Assembly: GCA_036172245.1 (NCBI GenBank)
Contig: JAYWIR010000023.1
Location: forward strand, 1-64,000
Source: Raillietiella orientalis
Lineage: Eukaryota
Length of the DNA stretch: 64,000 nt
Reading direction: 5' to 3'
Each line of letters begins with the position of its first letter. The stretch's first letter is position 1. The notes beneath the pieces were generated by a model. That model was not told the DNA's origin, ran no database searches, and saw nothing but the letters and a program-made list of their open reading frames with translations. The position numbers and the translations under genes are program-made. Shown piece after piece: positions 23,706 through 34,866 of the stretch.

Positions 23706-26700
23706 CAACAGCAATGCCTTTTCCGGAGGCGGTGACGGCGTGGCGAAGAGAGTCCGGGACATAGTCACCAACAAATTGGACAACCGACTGTACAGGGGTC
23801 TGGAGCTGAAGAATGGCATGACGGTGCTGCTGATAAGCGATCCGACCACGGAGCAAGCCGCAGCAGCCATGGCTGTGGGAGTAGGTGAGCACCGCGGACG
23901 GATAAGACGGGTGGAGCCTACCTGCACCCCCATGGCTCTTGCAGGCTACATGAACGATCCCGACGACGTGCCGGGATTAGCGCACTTTTGCGAGCACATG
24001 CTTTTCCTGGGGACGAAAGAATTCCCCGAAGAAAACGGCTACTCCAAATTTCTGTCGGAGCACGGAGGTTACTCCAACGCGTACACCGCGACCGACTTGA
24101 CCAATTTCTATTTCAACGTGCAGCCGCAAAACCTGGAAGAAGCCTTACACAGGTACCGCGTTGCCGAGGTCGCGGTTGGAGGACGTGCCTCCAGCAAGCC
24201 GCTTTAGATTCTCGCAGTTCTTCATTTGTCCGCTTTTTAACGAGGATGCGACCGAAAGGGAGGTGAACGCAGTGAACCTGGAGCACGAGAAGAACATTCC
24301 AAACGACGACTGGAGGCGATTGAATCTGGAGACGAGTTTCTCGAAACCTGGTCACCCTTACGCCAAATTTGGGACAGGTTCATAGCCTTGTTATCTGTTG
24401 GCCAGCGAGCGCATTTCTTCCCACGCAGGTAACAAGAAAACCTTGCTGGACAGTCCCAAAGAAATGGGCATCGACCCTAGGAAGCTCGTGTTGGAATTCT
24501 ACGTCAGGTGGTATTCGTCCAACATCATGTGCCTCGTGGTTCTGGGTGCAGGTACACGTGCTGATCGATGATGGTCAACCACGTGCTCTCACGTGATGAA
24601 TCTTTCAGAGACACTGGACGAGCTGGAGAGGATGGTGGTTCCAATCTTCTCTCACGTGCCGAACAAGAACGTCAGTCTTCCGCGATGGTTGGACCAACCG
24701 TACGGAGAAGAACAAGTCAAGAGGATGATGGCCATGATTCCGATCAGGGACTTGCACACCCTCCGGATGCACTTTCCCATTCCCGACCTGCAGGAATTCT
24801 ACAGCGTTCGAGTGAGAAGTGTTTCTTTTCTTCGCGGAGCACCAAGTTCTGCCGCGCTTCCCCCGCACTGTCGATGCGCAGACATTTTCGCGCGGGTCAG
24901 CAAAGAAGCACCGGGTCAACCGCCGCTGTGATTTTAGCCTTTCGCTTACCTAAGCTATCACATCGGCCACGAAGGAAAAGGAAGCCTTTTGTCGGAACTG
25001 AAGCTGGTCGATCGCTGGGCTACTTCGCTCTCGGCACAGGATGGCGTGGGGGCTAGAGGATTCGGCCTGTTCACCGTTGCGATCGACCTCACCGAGGATG
25101 GCATCGAGCACATCGACGATATCTTGATCAAAGTGTTCCAGGTACAAGGTCCGAGTCACGGTGCGAGGACTGTTGCCGTAGTACATCGCGATGCTGAAGG
25201 AGGCGGGGTTCCAGCGGAGGATCTTTGATGAGATCCAGCAGATGCGCAAGCTCGCCTTCGAATACAAAGACAAGGAGGATCCCATCGACTTCGTGCGCGA
25301 CACAGCCAAGTACTTGATGGTAACGACTGTGCTCCGTTTTCGAAAGCTACACCACTCCCCAGGACTATCCTTTAGAGGACGTTCTGTCAGGACCGTATCT
25401 GCTGCGTGAGGCCGATGTCTTGCGGATCAAGCAGGCTCTCGGCTATCTGAAGCCGACCAACATGTGGTAAGTCGCGGCGGTCCTGCTTTCGCGAGCGGCC
25501 CCCGATGGGCGAACTCCCGCAGGATGCTTGCGATCAGCAAGAAGCTCGCGATTGCTCCTGGATACGTCTGGCTCACGGATCCGTGGTACGGGACGCAGTA
25601 CAGCGTTCGGAGCTTCAACGCGGCCTTTATCGAGGTACGTAGTCCAGGTCCTTCGCTGGGCGGGCGTACCAACGGGTTGCCTCCTGCCGGTCAATTAGCC
25701 GCCAGCCCTCCCTTCTTTTTTTTTTTTTTTTTTGGTTCGCTAAGTACCTCAGAGCCAATCTCGTGCCTCGCGGTGCACGTAGCTCTTTTCTTTTTTTTTT
25801 ATACGTTAACACACTGTTTTGTTTCCACGCCTCTCCGCCCGCGGAAACCCGCAGGAAGGCGTGTATTTCTTCAGGATAGGGGGTACCCCGGGATGGGGTC
25901 CGCCCTGTGAATCCAGGAAGGTCTCGGAGTCCGTTCCTCTCACGCTTGGGGTGGGATTCCCCCCTGACGGGGGGAATGTACCTCCAACCCTGGTTGTCTC
26001 CGAAGGGGAACCCCGAAGGGAATCTCCTTCCTCATTCTCTCCGGAGCGACACTCCCCGTAATGGGGGGTGGTCCTCTCCATCTCAACTTCTCCGAAGGGA
26101 ACCCGGAAAGGATCCGCTTGTAGAAATTTCTTCTCCGGAGGGAACCCGCAAGGGAACGGATCCTGTTCACTCCTTTGAAGAACCCCGAAGGGACGCTTCG
26201 GAAACTCAGAAGGGGCGCTGGAGCTTCCCATAGGCGAATCGCTCTCGCTTGCTTCCTTGCAATCCGTAAAGAGGCAACGACTCGGAGGGACCCCCCTCAA
26301 CGGGGAGGGTCTGCTCCTTTGAACAACTGGAGAGGTGCCCGTGAGGGCTCCTGCTCCATCTTGAAACCGGAGGGGGGATCCGCTCTCCGTTGCACGACCG
26401 GTAGGGGAACTCTCCACTCTTTTATTCCTGGGAAGACCCGAAGGTCGACTCCCATTGTTCCGGCCTTCATCGGGGGCCTCCGGCTGACGACCACCGGTGC
26501 CACGTCCAAATGATTAGACCAACCAGCGCCGTTGCAGGAGAAACTCGCAATCCGACGACGCAGTGGCGTCAGAGTTTCTGCCGAAGTATGCGAACCCGCG
26601 ACTCATGGTGTCACACGCGGAAGCCTTAACCACAAAGCCTCCGACGCGGGCAGAAATCCTTCCGGTGTCCGGGCCTGGTGAGGTTTCCCATGTTGAGTCA

Positions 26701-29700
26701 AATAAAGCCGCAGGCTCCACTCCTGGTGGTGCCCTTTCGTCAATTCCTTTAAGTTTCAGCTTTGCAACCATACTTCCCCCGGAACCCAAACACTTCGGTT
26801 TCCCATAAGCTGCCCAACGGGTCACGGTTTTAACGCCGGCGGATTGCTGGTTGGCATCGTTTATGGTTAGAACTAGGGCGGTCTCTGATCGCCTTCGAAC
26901 CTCTAACTTTCGTTCTTGATTAATGAAAACATTCTTGGCAAATGCTTTCGCAGTAGTCCGTCTTGCGACTATCCAAGAATTTCACCTCTAACGTCGCAAT
27001 ACGAATGCCCTCGTCTGTTCCTATTGATCATTATCTCGAGTTCCGAGAACCAACAAAATAGAACCGAGATCCTTTTCCATTATTCCGTGCACCACTATTC
27101 CGGCACCATCGTCTGCTTTGAGCACTCTAATTTTTTCAAAGTAAACGTACCGGCCATCCGCCGACACTCGATGAAGAGCACCGACGGACGTACCAGAGAT
27201 TTCTACTCGGATCGATCTGGGATTCGCCAGGATGACGATCCGACCGTCGCAAGCCAAGATCCAACTACGAGCTTTTTAACCGCAACAAATTTGGAGTATA
27301 CTTATGGAGCTGGAATTACCGCGGCTGCTGGCACCAGACTTGCCCTCCATTAGATCCTCGTTAAAGGATTTAAAGTGTGCTCATCCCGATTACGGGGCCT
27401 CATATGAGTCCCGTATCGTTCTTTTTCGTCACTACCTCCCCGTGCCGGGAGTAGGTAATTTGCGCGCCTGCTGCCTTCCTTGGATGTGGTAGCCGTTTCT
27501 CAGGCTCTCTCTCCGGAATCGAACCCTGATTCCCGTTAGCCGTTAAAACCATGGTAGGCGCATAACCTACCATCGACAGTTGATAAGGAAGACACTTGAA
27601 AGATAAGTCGCCTGTACGAGACCGTTGCGATCAGCCCAAAGTTATTCAGAGTCACCAAGAGTTTCTGGGTCCGCGAAGGGAACGCGTTGGTCCTGTTCTA
27701 ATAAAAGCCCTCCATCCGCAAGGACGAAGTGTTGGAAGAATGTATTAGCCCTCCTTTCTTGGCAAGGTGTCGGAAGCGCTCCTACGAGGTAGATGGAGAT
27801 GCTGGCGGAAAGGGAGTCTCCCTGTTGAACCTGCACGCTGGGCGCCCGCGCGAAATTTCCAACGGTGACGGCGGCAAATGGATGAGACGGCGGCAAGACT
27901 TCGGTGCGGTCAGGTCCGTTCGCTGAGTCCGCTTCCGACGACGGAAGCGCTCACGCTGGAGGCGATGTCCCGCGCACACCCGCGTTCTTCCGTTCTCGAA
28001 GTGCTCCGCGATAACCAGAGCGGGCAGCTGAGCGACGGATCGGAAGCGCACCTCTCTGTCCGAAGGCGAGCACTTTGGCGCGGGAGGAAAGGAGGCGTGC
28101 GGTTCCTTCGCTCCCTTCGCCGCAGCGCTCACCCGCAAACGATGGATGCCGCTGCGAGGGAACGCACCGCCGCACCTCGCTGCGCGAGGGGCGCGCGCGA
28201 CGCTTTCCTCGCCGGAGCTTCCTCGTAGATCGCGCAACGGCACGCCAACGGCACGGATCGCGGGAAGCCCCCGCAGCATCGGAAGTCTTCCCTCTGGAGC
28301 TGGGAGGGTTGGGATGCAGGCCGAAGTGCAGAGCCCCCTTCCGTGCGGTGCTTTCCGACATTTGGGAAAGGATGCGCTGCTGGATGGTGATCTCACCCGA
28401 CGATGCTTTCCAGGCTCTGGGCGGCGTTCCTGCTCTCAAGAATTTCTTCCCTCCGTCGCCGAACAAGTTTATCCCCCGCAGCCTGGACCTGTATCCTCTA
28501 GCGGCAGCACCGCTGCCTTGGCTGCCGCCAGAGAAGGAGAGCCTGCCTCTGTATCCGTATTTGCTCCACCAGTCCCCGCTCTTGAACCTTTGGTACAAGC
28601 AAGACAACGAGTTCCTCACTCCGAAATCTCTCCTCTTTCTGGAGATCAAGAGTCCTGTGTCCTACGAGGACCCGAGGCACACCTGCATGCTCATCCTGTT
28701 TACGATGTTCTTAAAGGACTCTCTAAACGAGGCCTCGTACGAGGCCGGCTTGGCGGGGCTGGGCTACAACCTCAAAGCGACCAAGTACGGAATCACGGTC
28801 AGTGGGAGGGGACACGGGGATCCCGCCGGGACTGAAGAGGGAATTCCATAACGCAAAACCGCCGCTGCAGATGACGCTGAGCGGATACAGTGACAAACAG
28901 GACACGCTGCTCTCTCAAATCCTGGAGAGGATGGTTGCCTTGCACGTCGACCCGAGTCGCCTGGAAGTCTTCCGGAGGCAGGTACTGTTGCAGCGGACGG
29001 GGTTGGTTCGGCCACTCGCGGCGCGCGCAGCTCGGCAGGAATCTGGCCAACTTCCTGTTGGAGCAGCCGTACGTGAAGAGCAGCTACTACATGAACGCTC
29101 TGCTGGTGGAGAAGGTGTGGACGACGGAAGAATTGCAGAGCTCGTTGGAAGGTGAGCGATCGGGGCCGCTCGCTAACGAACCTGCACGAACGCCCTGGCA
29201 CCGCAGGAGTCACCGTCGAGGACATGCGTCAATTTCCTGCCCGCTTCTTCGCCGACGTCTTCCTCGAATGCTTCATCCACGGGAACGTCAACGAACAGGT
29301 CAAAGTCTGCTTTCGAAATTAGCTCCTCACTTTGTTCTGGGCGGTTCGTTTCCCACGCAGAGGGCGCAACAGGTCCTGCGATTAATCCAAAGCAGCTTCC
29401 GCGACAGCAAACCGATCCCGAAGGAGCAGATCACCCTTTACAGGGAGTACATCATGCCCGAGAGTGAGTAGCTGAGCCGTGCAGGAAGCAGCGGTAACTC
29501 GGATGCAACCACCAACAGAGTCTTCTTACCTGTACACGCTGCCGTACGATGCTCACAAAATCCATGCCGTCGAAGCGTACTATCAGTACAGTCCCGAAGG
29601 CAACCCCAACCACGCTTTGATGCAGCTTTTTGCTCAGATCGTTCGAGAGCCCGCGTACAGCATCCTGCGCACCAAGGTGGGGCGGGCGCTGCGCTTGCTT

Positions 29701-30440
29701 GCCATCTTACTGACCATGTTCGTCGCCCCGCAGGAGCAGCTGGGTTACATCGTGCTCTCCTCCATCCGCAGAATGAACTGCGTGCAAGGGCTGCGCATCG
29801 CCATTCAATCGGACAAGGATGCGGCTTACCTGGACCAACGGATCGAGCACTTCTGGCGATGGTTCCAAGTAGGCTAGGAGGCGGTCCTCTTCGTCCACGG
29901 CTTCATTCTTTCCTCAAGGGGTACCTCCTCAACATGTCGGAGGGAGAGTTTGAAAATCACAAGGCCGCACTGCGGAAACTGCTGCTGAGGAAGCCCAAGA
30001 AGCTGGCCGAGAGGACCGGCAAGCTGTGGGCGGAAATCGCGAACCACGAGTACAAGTTCAACCGCGACACCCTGGAAAGCGCCGACTTGGGCGTGTTGAC
30101 CCGCGAGGACGTGCTGCTGTTTTACGAGGTAGCTGCCCCTCCCTTAGCTTCACGCGCGTTCCCTCTTTCATCCTTAGAAATACGTGAGGAAAGGTTCGCG
30201 GTTCAGAAGGAAGCTGTCCGTCTACGTCATGCCGTCCGGACACAACGGGACGTCCGCGCGACCTCAGGACGGCGACGCTGTAAGCTGCCCTTTCCTCGCT
30301 CTTTTCGAAACGGGTGGGAACGTCCTTTTCAGCCGCATCGTATCGAGAGCATCAAGGACTTCAAAAGCGACCTCAGCCTCTGTTCTTTGCCCAAGCCATT
30401 CTATCCCGCCGAACTCTTCAAAGTCCATCATTACGTGTAG
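23706..30440 (+). CDS. IDE: Insulin-degrading enzyme-like metallopeptidase (insulysin, M16A), paralog 1, GC-rich; about 19 exons in this span, plus the probable exon at 18100-18191
   Basis: Motifs [28 protein letters not shown] (HXXEH zinc motif), [41 protein letters not shown] and LRTK/EQLGYIV. GT-AG introns are mostly 40-75 nt, with one large intron at 25635-28413. Stop TAG at 30438-30440 (...KVHHYV*). No disabling lesion was found when joining exons by eye. Confidence 0.93.
25704..25717 (+). repeat. Left target-site duplication of the intronic 18S-SINE insertion
   Basis: AGCCCTCCCTTCTT, running into T18 (25716-25733); 13/14 identical to 27747-27760. Confidence 0.8.
25791..26654 (-). mobile_element. 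tRNA-derived SINE-like element, copy 1 (~860 bp, with A-tail)
   Basis: The minus-strand head TCTGCCCGCGTCGGAGGCTTTGTGGTTAAGGC...GGGTTCGCATAC has A-box-like and B-box-like motifs (B box 26586-26597). The body is homologous to 45345-46040, and the A10 tail reads as T10 at 25791-25800. Confidence 0.75.
26655..27749 (-). pseudogene. 18S rRNA: Internal 18S rRNA fragment (~1.1 kb), decayed; not a functional rDNA unit
   Basis: The minus strand carries GCTAATACA, GTGCCAGCAGCCGCGGTAATTCCAGCTCC and AAACTTAAAGGAATTGACG, ending at CCGGACACCGGAAGGATT. Both 18S ends are missing, and there are substitutions at normally conserved sites (GACGAAAGGG for GACGGAAGGG, GCTTTATTTG for GCTTAATTTG, CAGAGACCG for CAGATACCG). 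Confidence 0.97.
27747..27760 (+). repeat. Right target-site duplication of the intronic 18S-SINE insertion
   Basis: AGCCCTCCTTTCTT, starting where 18S similarity ends (AGC microhomology). Confidence 0.8.
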
Positions 30441-33400
30441 ACAAACCGATGCTCCCCTCACCACCATTTCGTCCACCCGTGCGAGACTCGTGACATGCAC
30501 GAACCTTTTTTTTTTATCCGTCATCCCGCCATTTGATGACGTCCGCGTCCTATCCACCCTTGCTCCCGTCTGGCCAACCGGTCAGCAGCAATGACTGGGA
30601 TGCTCGTCTGAAGCAGCTGGAGAACCAACAGCTGGTCGCGCTCGTAACCTCGGCGACAGGAAAAGTTTGCTCAACGAACCTACTTGGGGCAACGGGACCG
30701 GGCGTTCCCAACATGCGCGGCAGCGCCTCCGACCCACGCTGCCGAGCGTTGCTTGTTATCTGGAATTGAAATGACGACCCTCGTGCGAGATATCCACCTC
30801 GTGACGTTTTTTCGAAATATACGCAAATGCAAGGGACAAACAGTCCGGACGTTGACAGCAGTCGACATCCAAGCCAGGTTTCGGTGCGTCGCAGTGGGAA
30901 CAAAAGAAAGAGCTTGGTCCGTCCGGACTAAAGGAGCATGAAAGCTTGCTTCGGGTTCTCGAAGGACACGGAACTCTCTTATCTCCAGAAAGAGGACAGG
31001 TTGCCGCTGCTCTTGGTTGTCTGTGGAGTCTTTCCCTGATTGACGGACGTAGCAGCAACGGGACAGGCAACGCAATGCTGCCGTAAGGATCCAGATTTTC
31101 CGTATTTCGCAGCGTCTGGTGCCTTTTTTTCCGGATGCTCGGAACGAACTCGCGCATCTCTGCATAAGGAAGGGCGGAGAATGACCAGACGCTGGACGCT
31201 CAGTCTGACGTGTTGCCTCCACGTGCGAGTCCCGTCTCTAAAGACGGCGCGGCTGCCGGGAGGCTTTGCCTTCGTGCGGCCACGCGGCTGGGCCTCGTAC
31301 GCCCGCTGGGTACCTGTCTTTCTCTCGAGTGGCAAGTGCAGGTCGATGTGCCTTCCAGCATTTTCCAGCCGAGTTTCCCGCATAAGAACGTCTCGCGAGA
31401 TGTCTCTTCCAACCGAGCAAACGGTGCTCCCCCGTGAAAGGGGAGCATTACATCCAGCAGCCTTTTTTCTTGCCCTTTTGTCTCGACTGCCAGCGCTGAT
31501 CGTGGAATAAGGAAGTGCTGCTCGTGTTCGGTACGGAAAGTGTCGCGACCTCTGCCCGGATAAGCCGTGATCGCTGCAGGGAGCGGCAACTTTCTGGGGC
31601 GGCGCATCCGCTTCCGCAGTAAAGGGTTCGTCTTGCAAACTGTTCCTCTTTGTTTGGTCGCCACGGGATAGGAGATGGGGCAGAGAAATCGGAGGCTTCC
31701 GGAACGAACCGCATCGTGTGCGCCGCTCGTCGCCCTTGCGATTTCTCCGAAATGTGCAAAAGAGTGTTTGCCAAAGCAGATGGGAGCGGATGCATCTCCA
31801 GCAAGCAACGAGGACGAACGCGGGCACACGGGGAACAAAAAGGAAGGGATGCCGGCGTGCATGGTGCTCCCGTATGTGGTGAGCTGGAATTCGGCGTCTG
31901 CTCGCTTCGCAGTAGTCAACGTCGTCCAAGTCTTTGCGCTGCTTCCGTCAATGAAGATGAAGCTGTTTGGCTCCACGATCTTCTTCGCATCGCAGGGACC
32001 TTCGTGCCGATGTCCGTTGTTGTTTGAGATCGCAGCACTCGTGGGTTCTGGCTTGCGAACTGGGTGGAGGACGTGCATGGAAGATGCCTCTGGCGCATCG
32101 CAAGACATCTGCAGAAGCGCAGAAACGATCGCCGAAGAAAAAGAACGGCCTGGTCGCGCTCGCTGCTCTGACTCGGGAACGAAGCTTCCGTCTTTGCTGC
32201 TAGCTCGAGGACGCACGTGGAATTCGGGGACTTCGGGAAACGCCCGGAGTGCCAAAGGGCGTGCTCTCCTCGCGGACTTGCGGCTCCTGCAGCAGAAGCA
32301 GTAGCGTTCGCTCGTTCGTTGCCAGTCTCTTGGAGAGCATGCAGACTTTTACGGAAGTGGATTCGATAGCTCCGTTTCCGAATCCGCAAAGGAGCAGCCA
32401 CTGGCTTTCCGTTTCAGAAAATGGAACGACCGGAGCAAACACCGACCTGAGGTCTGGGAGGGTCAGGAAAGTGTGCCCTTCGATCGACGTCTGACAGTAG
32501 GGCCTGTGTTCTGGCAGTTGCGGCTAGGGCGTTCGTTCCATTCGAACCTGGATGCTATGGCGAAATGCTGACGTGCAGGCGGCTCCTTGGAAACGTTTCA
32601 CGTTAAAGGGTGCCATCGTGCCTTTTCCCTTCCATCAAGACGAAACACTGCTCGAACCTCACGTGCATGTGCACCACGTAGATGGAGCGTGGGTGAGTGG
32701 TAAAAGGTGAAACGCTCGTCCCCGTGTGTGTGCGCGTGTTAATGGCAAAGTATGGGGTTGTATTGGAGAATAGTTGTTCGGAATAGAGGCAACAGATGGC
32801 ATGTCGTTACTTGGGCCATCGTACGGGCGTTTTTCTTTTGCTCTTTTCTCCCCCGCAAATCGTGGGTGGACCTCATCTTCGTACCCCACGCGCTTCGATG
32901 GCCCAGGAAAGCGTTGAGGAAGCGTCAGAGGCATCGTATGGGAAAGCATGCTCAAGATGACAGCCGATGGCCGTGCGTAGCGGGGAAGGCGCCCGAGGGT
33001 GGAGAGAGGCAAAACCGTGGGAGACCTCCAATAGCCCCTTTACGAAACCTTTATAGGATCTCAATACCATAGCACTGCGCCTCGGAAGGAGCTGAGATCA
33101 TCCTTCCAACAGGCAAAGGGAGGGCAGCTTTCCTCCGAGGAGCGGAAGGCGACATTTTGTTGGAGATGCGATTGGCTTCCTATCCAATCCAATTCGGGAT
33201 GCTCTCGAGTGTGCAAGAGCACGCTCTCCGGTTAGACGACAGTAGCAATTGCGAAGCTGCATCCCACTGCGCAGCTTCATCCACTCGCTCCATGGCTGGC
33301 ATCCGGACAAATGAGGTCCATTGAAGCTTGTCATACGTGAGCGAAACTTGGGAAACCAGAACGAGGTTACTCAGAAGTTGAAGACCGCAGACCTCGGAGG

Positions 33401-34866
33401 AATTGGATCGTTGAGCGGTGCAGGCTTTTGGTTTGGTTTTCTCTTTCCTCCAGGAAAAATGGGACTTGCGGAGGACTTGTGCAACCGTTGCTGCGATCAA
33501 TTCGATCTCGTCGAGGCGATTCGTGGCTAGGAGGGAGACGCCGGGCAGAGTTTATCGAGAGACGCTCCCATGCATCCGTCCGACTTCGAAGGGAGGGATG
33601 AATCGAACGGGAAAAGAATTCACAGTGCACGCATATCGTCCTGGGACAGCGTTTTTTCTGGGAGAAGAGCATGTGTCCGAATGGAGAGATGTTTCGGTTG
33701 CCGATCATTGCATGGAGAGACTCAAAATGACTCATGAAGTCTTTGAAATCGTTCTTTGAGTTTTGCAACTGATTTGCAACCGAACCGCTTCCTAGGGACA
33801 TTCATCCCGAAGTGAACTGCGGTTGCTAAAGGGATCGGAGGAACCCAAGAAGTGTGCAGCGCGTCGCCTCGGAAGTGCGGAAGTTCGCATGGTAAGCATT
33901 TGCAGCTCACAAAGGCCGTAACCTCGGATACGCTTGCTGTGGAATGTCATCGTGCTGGTGGCGATAGCACGTGCGTGGGCAGGAGAGAAACGAGTGAGGA
34001 AAGCAGAGCAGTTGTGGAATGGATGCAGAGGGCACAAAGTTCCCTTTTCTTCGATGCCGGCAAAGAGTGTTTCGCTTCCCTTATTGGGAAAAAAAAAGAA
34101 AACGTCTCAAATCTGACTCAAAATGACGTGCTCCAGATGTGCTCGTGGCTTTCCAATGTTCGGAGCCCCCATTCCTGGCGGCTTGGTTTCGCTCTCTTAA
34201 TTAGCGCTGCCTTGGCAAAATGAAGGTGCTGTTAACTTTACTTTGGTCGCGCCACCGGCTGTCTTGTATGTTTGCGTCTAGAATGCCCTCTGGAGGTTTC
34301 CACTTTCCTGGTCTACTAAGGTTGTGGTTGCTGCTTTGCCTTTGTTCTGTGTAAAGTGGTCTTTCCATCTTACGCACAGGATTGTTCTCCAAGCTTTCGA
34401 AATGGAACGACCAGGGGGAAAAGTGAGAACATTCTATCGGTTGCTCGCGTGGATCTCCGTGTCAAGTCCGTGGACGGAGCGTGTCTTTATCGGAGAGTAA
34501 CCAAGTGCATGAAAGATCACTTTGCAGGTCCTGCATCTCTGCTTGCAGTACGTAGCGAGACGAAAGCATCAAAGTATCCTCGAGAATGTGCCTCGTGTGT
34601 GAGCCCTCGTATGCTTCTGCTGACGTGTTTATATAGATTCTTGCAGGAGCCCTAAGCATGCTGAAAAACCCCTTAAATTTCCCATAAATTGCAAGTGTTT
34701 ATAAATCCCATAACTTTTTTATCCCCGTTTTTACGGTCTGTGAGCTCTCCGTAAACTTTAATTGTAGGCATGTTTCGTTTATTGATTTCAGCTGTTTAAT
34801 TTATTGAGGAGGTTGACTATTAGAAGCATAAAAAAGGCCAATACTTGCCAACCAATTCTAAAGAGA

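Noticed and set aside
26655..27749. A functional rDNA locus or a contaminant read-in
   Set aside because: Truncated at both ends, mutated at conserved sites, lacks ITS/5.8S/28S, and is bracketed by a TSD inside an otherwise intact gene.
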